The position numbers and the translations under genes were made by a program. From Azolla caroliniana (Eukaryota; Plantae; Polypodiophyta): 64,000 nucleotides of DNA. Each line of letters opens with the position of its first letter. Position 1 is the first letter of the stretch. This document shows, piece by piece, positions 23,214 through 37,800 of the stretch. The stretch covers positions 9,858,001 to 9,922,000 of the forward strand of contig JBHGNT010000001.1 of assembly GCA_043228905.1 (NCBI GenBank), written 5' to 3'. Below the pieces are notes generated by a model. That model was not told where the DNA came from. It searched no databases and saw only the letters and a program-made list of their open reading frames with translations.

Positions 23214-24221
23214 GGCTGCTGCCTGGCCACTGGCCCTGTTCTGATCGGCTCGGCTCGGCTCGGCTCGGCCCTATGTACCTGAGCTCCTCTTCCAACTCTT
23301 CTGCTACTACTACAAAAACTGCAATCACCAAAAAACTAACACAAAAGTAAGAAGTAAGAAGTAGAGATACATACAGACATAGATAAACAGGATAAGGCAG
23401 AGAGAGAAAGAGAGAGATGAAGATAGGCCTTGTGGGCCAATCAACTCATCCCATTCTTTATCCATTTTCCTGGGCGGCCGGCCATCGTCGACTACCCCTC
23501 CCGGCCATTATAAAAACGACAAACTCCGCCTGCTCTTCCTAACCTATGAGTCCCATGAGCTACTACGACAAAGTCCGGCCCAGCTTCAAGCACAACGTTC
23601 CATGAACTCGGAAGTGCCATGTGTGCATAATGATGATAGACTAATCTCGAACGTTTCGTAACGGACTGAAGTCGTCAGCATCTCATTCCAGGATCCGTTT
23701 TCATGGTTTGCTAAATATTGCACCAGACTTTTTTATTGGTAATGCATATTCCTTTTGGGTTATAAATAAAAAACGGATTTGCACATTGAAGCTCATCATA
23801 ATGTTAATTGGAAGGTGTAGGATCCAATGTTGATGTGATGGATGCCTACACAAAGGATTGTGGTGTGCAAAATTATTTCCATTTAAGAAGCTATCATGTT
23901 TTGCCATGACACTAAGTGCTTCAAAGCAAAGCATTTGTTCAATAATATGTCCCCTTGTGAGAGTCAAGTTTTGCACACGTTGAAATGGTGAATCAAGTAG
24001 CAAGGAACCAACAACGACAAATATACTCAAGTTAACGATTCATTGGAGATTTCACAATACAAGACTTCTATTGTTTCATGCCAGCATACCATACAAGTTT
24101 ATAGAAATAGACCCCCTCATGATACCTTAACATTGACCAATGTTGGTAAGTCAAGAGTTTAAACAAATAAACAATATCTATATGCAAGAAAACAATTTAA
24201 TTCACAAACTTATTACTCATC

Positions 24222-24445
24222 ACTAGAATTGGCAATGGTTCGTTTTCGGCTTAACCACTTTGGCCTTGTCCAAACCACACCACCGGTTAAACCTTAACCA
24301 GTTTTTGAGTTTCCAAACTTGAACTGGTTTAGCCAAGCCGATTAAGCCTTAACCAATTTGGCCCAAATCGGTTCACTGTGGCTTGAGCCATCCCAAACCG
24401 AGCTCAAACCAGTTAAGGAGGGCTCGAGCCTAAACCCTAAACTCC
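24222..24445. mobile_element. Probable hAT-like transposon terminus relic
   Basis: TAGAATTGGCAATGGTTCG start followed by clustered AAACCG/TTAACC/CGGTT motifs and a telo-box. Confidence 0.4.
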
Positions 24446-27400
24446 AAATATGAAGAGAACACATCCAAGCATAAAAAATACAAGAAAATCAAATTGAGAG
24501 ATCAAAGTTAGGCAAGGTTGAAGATGTTCAAACCATCACAAATAACATACATTTTCATGGCCAATTTAAAGAAGATCCTATATAATGATTGAAAGGTTGA
24601 AAGAAGCTTTTGCATGACATAATTCATATCTAAAATCAAGAAAATTCCACCATTTGTCACATGAAATATTTATCCCCATGCTTTTGTATGTTCTTTACAT
24701 TTGTTTAATGTTGATGTTGATTAGGTGCCAATGAATATCTTCAATCTCTATTGGTGCCATTTAATATGTCGCTTGTAGTTTCATCTTTACATTGCATGTT
24801 CTATAGGACACTAGATTATAAATATATTTAATATATGGTGTTATTTATTATGAGTTTCATGGTCTCATCCGTCATGCATATTGTGTGATCCATTTCAATA
24901 ACAATTCGTGAGATTGTCATGATATTGCCTTTAGAAATAAGCACCACTTCATTTTCAATTACTACTATATCATAGCAAAATGCAACATTTAACATTTGTG
25001 TCTTTGTAGCATCAAATTGAATGACTTATTTTCACTTCTATTTCCTAATTATGGTAATCTAATTGTTTCAATATTAGCACGATCTATTTTTGTACATGTT
25101 TACAACTACAACAGAAAGATATTACTGCATATGTAGGTCATCACAAAGAGATATATGATATAGGGAGTGAGGTGGACGAAGAGATGGGCTAAATTATTGT
25201 CATTCCATGCAAAGAGGACAATGAATATGCAATCTCCTCGACATTGATACCTTCACAAAACTTGGGATATGGGTACGTTCTCTCAAGCCCCAGCAAGGCA
25301 AACAAGATGGGGGGGGGGGGGGGTGGATGCCAGTGCATGTCGTCAAAGTTGAAGTGGAGCTATTAAGGTTCTTCAATGTTGGGTTATTTGGGCCAACTTA
25401 GGAAGAAATGTCATTATAAGGTGAGTGCACATTAAATCCATTCTTTTTGTTGCTTGATCAATTTCATAGGTCCTCCTCATGTGTTATAGTTGAGTTCTGG
25501 AAGTTATTTGGCATCAATGGAATTGTGTATGGACCGGCCTCTTAAACACATTGAACCATTGCACGACACATGTCAAATGGCTCATAGACAATGGGGGACT
25601 ACATACACATGTTGACTTGTCCTTGTCATAAAAAGATGCCCAGGTTGCTAGTCAATTAATGAAGGTTTGGTCATTGTAAAGGTTTTCTTGAGCATTGTAA
25701 TCATCGTCCATGCATGCATACATACGTACATACATGTGCATGCTATTATTATGCACAGAGTTGCTTATCATGGTTGTCGAGTGTTATTGATCCTTCTTGG
25801 GTTGATGCCATGTGTTTTAGCTATCTATGGTGACCTACCATCTTGAGAACCCTTTGATCTTGAATCCCAACAAACACAAATAAATATAGAGACAATGACG
25901 GTTAGTCTAGTATAGGGCAACCCAATGTTGCTTGTTGTATGAAGGAAGGTTTGGGCAATGTTCAACCTAAAGGCTTGTGCTCAAATCTCTTACCCATAAC
26001 TCTTTGAGCACTACCTATACTCAACCAAAACTTGGCTATAGGACATGGACTTGTTTAGTGACAAAAGTCTATTGTTATTCACGAGAAGGTGTGAATATAT
26101 TATAACACTTGACAATTAGATAACATGTTGGTTAAATGACAAACATAGACAAAAACACAATAAACAACACACATATATAACAAACACTTGTATGGATGCT
26201 AAACTTAAAAGATTTTGACTATTGTAACAACTCACAGCTACCAGGCCACCAACTTCTAGGTTCAAAAAGTAGTGACATGAGCCCCCTAGCATCTTTCGAC
26301 GAGCTAACCCGATTTTCTTGATATATCTCAATTGTTGTTCCATTGTGCACCCTTATGAGTCATGACGACCTTTTCACATGTTCTAGTGGGTCTCTATCCT
26401 AACGTTTAGCTTTAATTACATAAATGTTTGCTCACTGACCAACTATTGCTATCATCCTAACTTAGAACTATATCTACCTAAATCATATTTATTGTAACTA
26501 TTTTACGTCTTATTTTATACATTATGGCCTTTTGTCTGTGTGTACACGTGCTATATTGCCAACACAAATGTGAGATAGTCATTATGAAGCAATAGGAGGT
26601 TGGAAGTTACGAATCATGTACTCTTGAGTGCATCTTTGGTGTGGCTTTACCTAAGATGCACTTACGACACACTTTGCCTAAATTTGGGTGCTCAAGGAAG
26701 GAGATATCTTTGTATTTGTTTAGGTACAAAATGATTTAGAAATGGTGCTCGAGGAGAGGCAAGTGATGATCTTGTTTTGCGCATTCGTTTCTCAAAGGTA
26801 CCAAATCATCAGAAAACATCACTTTGAACCCATTTTGATGAAGGTTATGATCTCGATGGTGCGTGCGTGCGTATGTGCAAAGAAACACATCAAGGCATGA
26901 AGGGGCTAGGTAAGAGATATCACGACGACGCTTTGGAGGGTTTTGAAGGCATAACGTTATCATTATTTTTAATGCGTATGTCTTTTTTTACCATTCAAAA
27001 AAGTAAAGCCAATAAACGGGTTAAATTGGCTCACGGGTTCATCCAAAAGAAGGTAAAGTAGCATGAAAGGCGCTATTTACGATCGAATCGTCTGCCCACA
27101 CAACTCACGATGTTGGATACCAAAGAAACAATTAGAAGGTGTGACGAGTAATGGTGTATAACGCTTGTTCACGAGTCCATCCCGAATAGCTAAAGCCAAG
27201 CCGAAGTTGCCAACGATCAGAGAGAGCATCCACAAAGTTTTGCGTGCTATGACAACATGAAGGTTTGTCGGCACGTGCATAGGGGTCGTGTTGGTTTTGG
27301 AGAATGCCTTGATAGTGTGGCCCCTTCCTTTCTATTACAAATTTACATATATATACATACATATGTACATTATATGTACATATATGATATATGTATGTAC

Positions 27401-27632
27401 ATTGTATACCTAGCTACTAATAGCTAGTTACAACTTACCACTACTCCAATTATGTCTCAGGTTATATAACTATGTATGTACTACTACACATGTTCCACTG
27501 CCTAGCAAGTAAACCTTCTGAGCGTGCCCTGCCTCCTGCAACAGCAGAAGCAGAAGCAGCAGCCGCCAGCAAAGCATACAAGCTTTGATTTGTTTCAATC
27601 TGATTTTCAAATTGCACTCAGCAGCAGTTGGA

Positions 27633-29798
27633 ATGAACGTGTCCAGGAAGGCTGTTGCTGCCTCTGGAATCCGAGGGAGAGGGAGTGGCAGAGGCAGAGG
27701 CAGAGGCAGAGGGAACCCCCCCCAAGGGGACCGGGAGCGCAAGGTTGCTCAGAAACGTGACAAGTACCTGCAGATTGCACCCTTCGTGGAGTCGTTGAAG
27801 CTGTGTGCGAGGAATCGCGATCTCGATCAAGGGACCCATATACATGCCGACATTCGATCAGCCGGCCTCCTTCCAGAGAACCACCTGCTCCTCGCCAACA
27901 CCTTAATTAGCATGTATGCCAAATGTGGCGCACTCGACAAAGCCCGAGAAGTGCTGCAAGGGCTATCTTGCCGAAATGTCGTCTCATGGTCAGCATTGAT
28001 TTCTGGATATGCGCAGCAAGGGCATAGCCAAGAGGCCATGAACTGTTTCGAGCAAATGCAACGTGATGGCATTTCCCCGAATGAGTTCACCTATGCATGT
28101 ATCTTGAAAGCATGTGGCAATCTAGGCGATCTCGAAAAGGGCAGAGCGCTACATGCTGATGTTCAGGTTTTCCTGCAAAAAGATGTTGTGCTTGGAAATG
28201 CTTTAGTTGACATGTATGTGAAATGTGGTGACTTGGCAAAAGCACAAGAGGTTCTTGAGGGGCTTCCCGATAGGAATATAATTTCTTGGTCTTCGTTAAT
28301 AGCAGGATATGCCCAACAAGGGTCTGGCCAAGAAGCATTGGATTGCTATGATCGCATGCAGCGGCAAGATGGCTTTTCTCCAAATGCAGTAACGTATACA
28401 TGTATATTGAAAGCATGTGCAAGCATAGGCGCCCTGGACCGAGGGAAGAAAATTCATGAAGAAATTGCCAAACAGGGTCTCTTGAGACGAGATATTGTGT
28501 TGGGTAACTCTCTGGTGGACATGTATGCAAAATGTGGTGCATTGACAAATGCACGGGAAGTGCTTGATCAACTTCCACGCAGAGATGCAATATCATGGTC
28601 CGCATTAATAGCTGGCTATGTTCAACAGGGGAATGGTCAGGAAGCATTAGATTGCTTTGAACAAATGAGAAAAGATGGACTATCTCCTTGTTCAATATCC
28701 TTTACATGTGCCTTAAAAGCATGTGCCAACATAGGGGCACTTGAAAAGGGTGAACAAATACATGATGAAATCCTTAACAGAAGGTTGCTCCAGAAGGATG
28801 TGATGCTTGGCAATGCCTTAGTGGATATGTATGCCAAATGTGGAGCACTATCTAAAGCTGAAGAAGTTCTCGAGAGGCTTCCCTGCCAGGATGCAGGTAT
28901 GTGGACGGCACTTATTGCTGGACATGCTTTGCATGGGAATTCCCATTCTGTGCTCCACTGCTTTGAGCGCATGGAAAAGAAAGGTCTTTCTCCGGATGAA
29001 AAAACGTTTTCATGTGTTCTTAATGCATGCAGTCACTCAGGTTTAATGGATGAGAGCCAAATGTATTTCACAAGAATGAGAGCACAATATGGGCTAGTCC
29101 CCACTGTAGAGCACTTCACGTGCATGGTTGATTTGTTTGGACGTGCAGGGCATTTTGAAAAGGCAGTTTCAGTTATCAACGAGATGCCATCTTCGAAGCA
29201 TATTGCTGTTTGGTCTGCCCTATTAGGTGCTTGTCAGAAATGGAACAATCTGGAACTTGGAATTTGGGCATTTGAGAATGCAATTCAGATAGACAAGAAC
29301 CAGCCTTCTATCTATGTTTGCATGAGCAATATCTATGCAGCTGCAGGAAGGAATGAGGAAGCACAGAAGATTGAGGCTCTGAGAGCACACAACGAAGCAG
29401 GGAAGAAGCCAGGATGTGCGTGGTGGATGGATGAGACCGGAAAGATTCATTCATTCTGTGTTGGGGATACAGAGCATTCTCAAAGCAAGCGTATCTATGC
29501 AAAACTCAAAGTGATCGGCGGTAAAATGTTAAAGAAAGGATATACTCCAAGTCTCCTAGGTGAAGCAAACAAAGATTTCCTTTATGCACACAGTCAAATG
29601 TTAGCCATTGCATGTGCTTTCATCAATGCACCAAAAGGATCTCCCATACACGTTGAAACAAACATGCGAATAAGTGGCGATTGTCATTCCGCGACGTCCA
29701 TTTTATCAAAGTTAGAAAAGCGTGAAATCTCCATTAGAGATGCAAATCTCATCCATATATTTAAAGATGGAAAATGTTCTTGTGGAGACGATTGGTAA
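27633..29798 (+). CDS. PLS-class PPR protein with E domain and degenerate DYW domain (WW-type PG box)
   Basis: Single-exon ORF with first ATG at 27633. Repeated LVDMYAKCG, NVVSWSALI and TYACILKAC motifs; then KKPGCAWWMDETGKIHSF, HSQMLAIA, NMRISGDCH, and the end CSCGDDW. Confidence 0.93.
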   Translation: MNVSRKAVAASGIRGRGSGRGRGRGRGNPPQGDRERKVAQKRDKYLQIAPFVESLKLCARNRDLDQGTHIHADIRSAGLLPENHLLLANTLISMYAKCGALDKAREVLQGLSCRNVVSWSALISGYAQQGHSQEAMNCFEQMQRDGISPNEFTYACILKACGNLGDLEKGRALHADVQVFLQKDVVLGNALVDMYVKCGDLAKAQEVLEGLPDRNIISWSSLIAGYAQQGSGQEALDCYDRMQRQDGFSPNAVTYTCILKACASIGALDRGKKIHEEIAKQGLLRRDIVLGNSLVDMYAKCGALTNAREVLDQLPRRDAISWSALIAGYVQQGNGQEALDCFEQMRKDGLSPCSISFTCALKACANIGALEKGEQIHDEILNRRLLQKDVMLGNALVDMYAKCGALSKAEEVLERLPCQDAGMWTALIAGHALHGNSHSVLHCFERMEKKGLSPDEKTFSCVLNACSHSGLMDESQMYFTRMRAQYGLVPTVEHFTCMVDLFGRAGHFEKAVSVINEMPSSKHIAVWSALLGACQKWNNLELGIWAFENAIQIDKNQPSIYVCMSNIYAAAGRNEEAQKIEALRAHNEAGKKPGCAWWMDETGKIHSFCVGDTEHSQSKRIYAKLKVIGGKMLKKGYTPSLLGEANKDFLYAHSQMLAIACAFINAPKGSPIHVETNMRISGDCHSATSILSKLEKREISIRDANLIHIFKDGKCSCGDDW

Positions 29799-31882
29799 TA
29801 CCATGTAGGCAGCCCCATAATTTGGATATGAATCGTCTCTTGATGATGAACACCATTAAGGAATTAATCAATCAAAGCTTGGGAGTTCAGATGGGAATGG
29901 GTGCCCAATATCCTACAATCTGAAGGGGTCGTCCTTTATGAGACATCACAGTAATTCAAGCACATACAAATACTCAAATGGTGTTTGGTGGTCTCATAAA
30001 ATAGATTGTGTTCCTCTTCAGTAATACACATTAACCTGGGTTTGGGCTATTTTTATAAACTAGGAAATAAGTTGCATTGGGCTAATTTCATCGATGAGTT
30101 TCACCCACATAAACGTTCTAAAGTTCCCTTTGGGCTTACCAAATTCTGTGAAAACTTTATGTTAATAGTGGTCCTTTGAGAAGCATCACTATTACCATGA
30201 TTGTGTATGTACATTTTTGGGAATGTATATTAATTGTTTTTTATTGTAGATTATTACCCCAAAACATTTGGGGTTTATCATATACTCAAAATTTGAGGAT
30301 GCCATCAATTCTCAGTCAAGCACACCTACTATGATGACGTGTATGGTTTATGTGATGCCAAATAACTTATATCCCGTGACTTTGTGTTTTATAAATAACT
30401 TAAAGAAACCCTTGCCACATGAAAATTTGTTGAAATTATTTTGCTCTTGTCAATTCCACTTTCTTGATATGTGCCATTGATAGTGCCCAAGGGAACTTTA
30501 ATTATTTTAGTCTTCATAAATTTCATATGTTTCTCCTCATCATTCTTGAGTTTTTATCTAGAAAGTTGTTCATCATCTTCTTGAGAAAGAATGAATTAGC
30601 ATCTCATGTTGTTCTATGTGATTCATTATCCAAATTCCATTATTGCGTCACTCATACTCTTCCAATGCCTACCCAACACTAAGGAATATGAGGGTTCCTT
30701 AATGAGGATCATATAAAGTCTAATGGAATTTGGATTGTAAACACATCGATAATGGAATCTTCAAAAACCCTTGCACAATTTAGCTATGCCCACTTTTATT
30801 ATTGCGTGCTTGAATTGTTTTGCGATGATCATTTTTGCTCGACAAGCATTGTGTCGTATACAATTTCTTTGCAACAAGTTAACTGTTCTTGGTAGAGGCA
30901 CGTTGACCATGTTAGTTATTGGCATCTTGAGGTGGTGTGTGTTTTAGCTAGATTTTGTGAGCCCATGATGTCCACCATTTCATTGATTGTTGCATATTGC
31001 CCTTATCCTTCTTCGTTTTTAGATGGTATGACAATGTTAAATCATTTCCACTTGCATTTGAATTCAATTATTGTTGAGTTTCTTGTTTTTCTCAAATTTT
31101 ACATAAGCCACCTTCAAGGTTTAATTCCACCTTTCTATAACATCAAGTGTTTGCATGCATCGAGAGTTAGCAAGAAGTTTGTATGCATAAGCTGAATCAA
31201 GAGGTTACATGTAAGAAACTCATTAAAATTAAGGAGGAAATAAGGAAGAAAGGTGGTAGACCACACGATAACCCCCCTTTGTGAAGGTGAGAGATGGATT
31301 TGAGTTTTCCTTGTCGGTGTCCCATACCACCGAGTATGGACATGAATCATGTCTTCGATTTGAAGGGGAACAAGCATATGTAGCTAAAGTGTTAATATAC
31401 TAACAGAGTCTCCACGTTCATGGAAGTAGCTAGCTTTCTTGTATAGTCTCAAACCTTAGGTCCTTGTCTATTCACACTTGACCACTTCAGTCAAGTGACG
31501 AAATACTCAAAAGCTATCTCCCATATCTCCAATTATACGATTAAGAATAACTCAATCCATACCCATCATTCCTTAAGAACTAGTCCACACTTACTAATCT
31601 TAAGGTTAGAGACCTATGATTCATTAGACCTTGCGGGTTACTAATCCGATTAATTACTAATTAAGCGGAATGCCGCCATGGCCAGGAAACACACCGGATC
31701 GTTAAGTGTTAATCGAGATCATAATCTTCACGAGTCGATGCGATGCTATGTATGTTTTGTGTGGTATCGGTATGTATGTAGGCCATTTCCAGAATTAAGT
31801 AATACATACATGATTTGTTGATTCATGAGAAAAGAGAGGGAGAGACAGACAGAGGAAGAAGACGGAGGAGTAGTTGATTTGG

Positions 31883-34800
31883 ATGGCAGCATCATCATCA
31901 TCATCATCGCTCCTTCACCTGCGATCTTGCTCTGCTCTGGCTGCTGCGTCTTCTCCTTCTCTCCATCTCCATCTCCATCTCCGTCCCCTGATTCCTCATT
32001 CAAGTCGCAGACCTGCGGTTACATCAGAATCTGCAGCACCTGCTGGTTTTACCAACACCACAAGGTTTAGGAACAGAGCCATCGGAAGAAAGAGCATGTC
32101 ACGTCTCTCAGGTACGCTCGTATGTGTCCCCTTTTGTTTTAAAATTTAAGCTCACCTTGGTATTACTGTCAAAACAATATCATGCCCTTCGTATACCAAG
32201 ATTCAACTGAACATGTCCACTATCTTGTGCAAAAAGAGTGTTTTGTAAAGGATCTGTGGGCTTCTGCAATGAGATGAGACATATGCATCCAATAAGAGGG
32301 GTATCCAACTACTGGACAGCTGATGGACCTCTGTATTGTTCGGTGTCGTGTGTTGTCCGTTGAAATCTTATCTGTTGGAGAAAGTGGAGAACCTTTGTGT
32401 TTCACCCATGATAGTAGAGAGAATTGGCTTGCACGGGACTTTACCTGTATTGTACAACCCCGCTTATTCCCCAATTGTCATATCGTAATTCTTGCAATGT
32501 GATCAGAAGCCAAAACTGGGATTTTTTCAAAAGCGTTCATTTTATCCCCTCCCATGTGCCCTGCTCTGCTGTATGATGTAAGGGAAAGTGTATGTGGGAG
32601 TTACTATGGAGAATCTCTAGAATCCTCCTTTGCTCTCTAAGATCCTGCACTGCTTACCATAAACTCAAATAATGCTCTATGTATGGAGACGTTCGACTTT
32701 ACCAACTATGATGGGCAGTAATAGTGTGATCTCTACACGTGTTGACAAAGTGTGATCTCCACCCTTGATAATGGGTACATGTGAGTATCATGGAATACTT
32801 GATGCTGATCTATTTAACATCAGAGCTAATAATTCTTCAAACATGTTATGCATATGAAGTGTCACAAGACTGTGCTTTCTTATACTTAGCATATCTATAG
32901 TCTGCACAACTGTCTTTACTGTGAAGAAACAAGAATTTAGAAGGCAGGGCTGATAAATCTCCCCATGTTGCTAGTGAGGTTATGGGAACTCTAAACATCT
33001 GATAAATCTCCCGTTGTCTTTCTCACTCTTTTCAGATCAGCTAATTCTGTCTTCTTTTGGAAGTTGCAGTGTCAAATCCTCCCTGAAGCATCTCAGCTTT
33101 CAAGTCTTATACTTAGTGTCACGTGTGAGATGTTTTGCCCATCAAATTGTCCATTGTGGTTGACAATCCAATTTACAGCTTCCGCCGTCTCTGCCATCAC
33201 CTTTTGCTCTTGAAGCATACTCTTGTTTACCTTGGTTCGCCATCTCCTTGCCACCAGTTCAAGTTTGGGCTCACCAAATTGATGTTGTGAATATCATATT
33301 CCACTATGGATCATGTATGCCAGGGTGAAACTGCAGAATTTTCTTGACCAAGAGATGGATTGAGGCAAAGAAAGAATGAGTGCAAGATAAACAATAACCA
33401 GATATTAGATAGTTTCAAACAAGAAAAAAGAAAAAAATCGACAAACAAAAGAGAATTTCATGTTAGTAATAGAGTTGCTTGGTTACAATGTACGATCATA
33501 GGATTATGGAAAAGCCCAATAGAGAAGAAATACTGATTATATTAGATCGATTGTATGGTCGATATAAGAACCCAATGTTAAATAGCCTTTAAGAGTGATT
33601 AGATTATGAAATAATAGCCCCCAAAATATGATAGCTCTCTCACCAAAAATTCCTAGGTAACCTTATTTATACTTTTCTTTCCCTCATTATCTCAAGCTAG
33701 CTTTCTCTTTAACTTAACCTTCATTTGGCTATCTCAAGCTTTTTCTTTTACGACAATAAGAGTGCTCTTAGAGCATGCGTGTGCTTTTTAATCTATCTTA
33801 TCTTCTAGCCTTAAGTGTGAATTTATATTTGATATTTACAATTTTTATAATACCTCTTCGTAATGTGCACATATCAACTGTTCTTCCTCAGCTGATGTCC
33901 ATTCACTCTCGACTGTGGACCATATCGTCTTCATGATGGCTCAGTCAATGTGCCAACTGCAACACAGCATTGTGTCAGATGTTTGAGCCAATGATGAGCC
34001 TATGCACATCAACATGCACCAACTAAATCTCAAGAGACTCTGTATAAATCTGTTAGTATCTGTGCTGCTAGATCTTCGTAGGAAACTGCTTGGAAGAGGG
34101 CTTTGGCCAAGATGGTTGGTGTAGCAAACTTTGACCACACAATTCACGAGGCACCAATGGTTTTCTAAGAATAATCCCAATAAGCATTAGGACCTCTGAT
34201 TGCTTTATTTGTATCCAGCTTGATCGTGTCCATCTTGTTGCCATACTGCTTATGCATAAACCAATATAGGAATGAACAAAGTGTCAAAATGCGTTTGGGG
34301 CTCCTTGATAACAATGGTTCTCTAATAGTGCCAATATTGTATAGCCTCGTGAATCTGTCTCATGCTGCCATAGAGAAGAATCCTACCGTGGCGGTGAAAA
34401 TGAGAGCCATGTTGACATAGGTGCATACAATCTCAACATATGCACCAGCTAGGACGATCTCTGTGTACGTATCTGGCAAGATGTATGGACAATCAGAATC
34501 TTAGTTCTCCCAAGGTTGATTGTCTATCCCCTGTGTACAAAAGTCATCCAATTCCTCTAGATAATTCATGACTAGGAAAAGGTCTCTGCATAGAGGATTA
34601 TGTGAAGAGTCATACCGGGAAGTTCAATTCCTTCATTGTCATCTCATGTGATGTAGTATAGACTCTGATGTAATGTAGTCACCAAATATCAACAGAAACT
34701 CTTGTTTCCCTCCAAGCATACTACCAAGTCAATATGAATGTCCTGGGAATTGTAGTTCACCAATAACCTCCTCACAGAAACTTTAAATGCCCCAAATCAT

Positions 34801-37800
34801 GTTGATGGGGATTCCATAGATTTTAGGTACATGAAAATTGGGGAAGTTCACAAAACAACAATTTAGTCGTTTCTTTTGGACTCTTGCCTGATCAATTAGA
34901 CATCTGAGTGAAACAATGTGGTCAATGGTTGAAACTTCTCATCTGAAGCTTGCCTGTACTAGTGTTCGTAGTTCCTCCCTCTTTGCATATCTAAACGTCT
35001 CTTCCTCTGGGTATATGCCATAAATTTTGTCTAAGTTGTGACCAATCACAATCCTGTAGTTCTTGGAATGCATGGTGCCCTCTGCTTTCTCAGTGCAGTG
35101 GTGTCACCTTCAGCGAAGTTGTGGTTAAAGATGTGCACAACAAAGAGGGCAAGTGTCTCATGAGGATATAAAAAGATGCTCAGTAGGATCCTGACTGATC
35201 AATGGCTGGGCCATGCTGTAATTGTCGAATGGCATGAGATACTCTCGCTGGTGAAGAACGTGGAAGAGAAAGAGTGAGAAAGAAGAGAAGAAAGAATAAT
35301 GTATTAACTTCTGCTAATTCAATACCAGTTGTGAGAAAAAAGAGAGAAATGAAATCAAATGCTATATGGCCAAAGTGATGTATGAAGCCAAAAGCTACAT
35401 GCATGTAGGCATTATAGAACATGTCAACATGATACCAAATTAATATATATTCCAATATGTAATCATAATTTATTTGATGCCAAATTTAACTATCTCACAC
35501 CCTTAAGTTCCTATTTGATATCAGTGATACAAGAACCACAAAGTCAAGCACGACAAGACATTGAAGAGGTTCAAGAGAATGATCTTGAGAAGGCTGAACC
35601 CATGTTGCAGTTTGAAAAAGGGAAGATCAAGGGAAGAATGATTTTAGGTGTGCAGCTCTCACCAGATATATTGGCTATTTCTATTGTTTACTTTGTCCAA
35701 GGTGTGTTGGGGATCTCTCGACTAGCTGTAAGTTTCTTTTTGAAAGACAATCTTCATCTTGATCCAGCAGAGGTGAATTTTCCTAACCATATACAAGCTA
35801 CATGGGAGCTTAGCTACACATGTCATGTGTATCAGGCACTTATCTTACTCCTTTGTGTAGAGTGCAGTTATATCTGGCTTCTCGGCAGCTCCATGGTTAA
35901 TCAAGCCTCTGTATGGTTTTATAAGGTATGTGGTAATGCTATCCTTAGGTTTCAAGTTGTGAACATTGCTATTTTCTTATTTTCCCTTGTCTTGCTAGTG
36001 ATGGGATCCCACTTTTTGGTTACCGAAGAAGGTCTTACCTTGTCCTTTGTGGTCTTCTTGGTGCGGTTGCATGGATTATTATGGCTATGCTTGTGGAGGA
36101 CAAATATAGTGCAGCATTTGCAATTTTATTAAGCTCTCTTTCTGTTGCCTTCTCTGATGTGGTAAGTTTGTAGGATGGACCAAGACATTAAATATTTATG
36201 CTTATGAGATTCCATGGATGAGAATTAAGGAATGCCTCATAATTCATATCTGTTTCATTGAAAGGTTGTGGATTCAATGGCAGTAGAGAGAGCCCGTGGT
36301 GAAGCTCAAAGCACCTCAGGCTCAATACAGTCCCTCTGTTGGGGTTCCTCAGCGGTGGGAGGCATTGTTAGTGCATACTTCAGTGGTTCTTTAATTGAAA
36401 CCTATGGTGTAAGGTGCATAACAACTAGATTATATTTTACACACTTTAAAATTTTATTATATTCATAGCTTCTATAGGAATCACATTAACATTTTAGGTT
36501 TGAACTGGACATGGAATAACTAGGTACAATGCCAGTTTTAATGTTTTCAAATATGCATGAGATGTCTTTTATTAATCGGAAATTGAAAATGATCTCCATG
36601 AATATTGATGTACAAAAAAAATCCCAACTTTTTACTTTATTGCTATTAAGCCAAGTAGTATGACTAAACATGGGGGGAAGTATTCATTTCCATAGCTGAG
36701 ATTCAGGGATATTATTGTATGAGCTCCAAAAACCTTTCACTTCACCTTAGCCATGCAGTTCTTTTAGGCTTGTACCTAGTCTTGAACATAAGTGACCATA
36801 ATTTATGGCTGATGTAGGTTTAAATTTGAACTGTTTGGGTCGATTATCATGTTTGTTTTGAGGTTGGCTGTCAAGAAATTGAAATTGAATTGATTGCTCT
36901 TGTGGTGTGTGAATTTCTTTTGCTTTGCATATCCATAAATCAACTTCATAGTGGTATGAATGTACATAGGTTAGAACTTGAATTGTAGTTAACAATCAAT
37001 ATTTGGTGCAGGTTTGTGTTTTCTATTACGTCTCTCCTCCCTCTTTTGACCACTGCAGTGGCAATATTTGTCACAGAGGAACCATTGCCATCCTTAAGTA
37101 GGAATAACCTGACAATAGAAGGGAAAGTTATTAAACAGAAATCCACTGTTGCTCTTGATAATGCAAAAGCGAACTTGATTGTCCTTTGGAAGACAATCAA
37201 AGATCCTGCAATTTTTCTTCCAACCATATTCATATTCCTTTGGCAAGCAACACCAACATCTGATACAGCAATGTTTTTCTTTTCGTAAGTATTCATATCT
37301 TATCATTATGGAATGATTTATACTACCTACTTCTTGTTTGCTTCTAATCTTGTAGTCAGGACAAATAAATTGGGCTTTGGCCCAGAGTTCCTTGGTCGTG
37401 TTCGTCTTGTCACCTCTATTGCCTCACTTGCTGGCGTGGGCTTGTATAATGGGTTTCTAAAGAATGTTCCACTAAGAAAGATGTTTTTCTGGACCACTTT
37501 AATTGGCTGTGGATTATCTCTTACACAGGTAACATCCATATGTCATAACAACGAGTCTTTAAATTTTTCCATCTCTGCACACCAATTTAATGCTGTTTCC
37601 TTTTTCTTCAGCTTGTACTTGTTACTGGATTTAACCAGAGATTGGGTATAAGCAATGAGTGGTTTGCAATGGGAGACACTCTTGCATTGACTGTTCTTGG
37701 CCAGGTTAGTTGTTTTTGCAAGGATGAATGTGTGAAATATCGATGAATATTAATAGCTGCAATTATTATAAGCAGACATTGACAAGCATTCCTTAATGTT

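Noticed and set aside
23625-23672. Possible C/D box snoRNA (ATGATGA...CTGA)
   Set aside because: The boxes are only ~40 nt apart, with no terminal stem or recognisable rRNA guide.
32900-34900. Possible retroelement remains in FBT intron 1
   Set aside because: No gag/pol motif, paired LTRs or TSD could be identified by eye.
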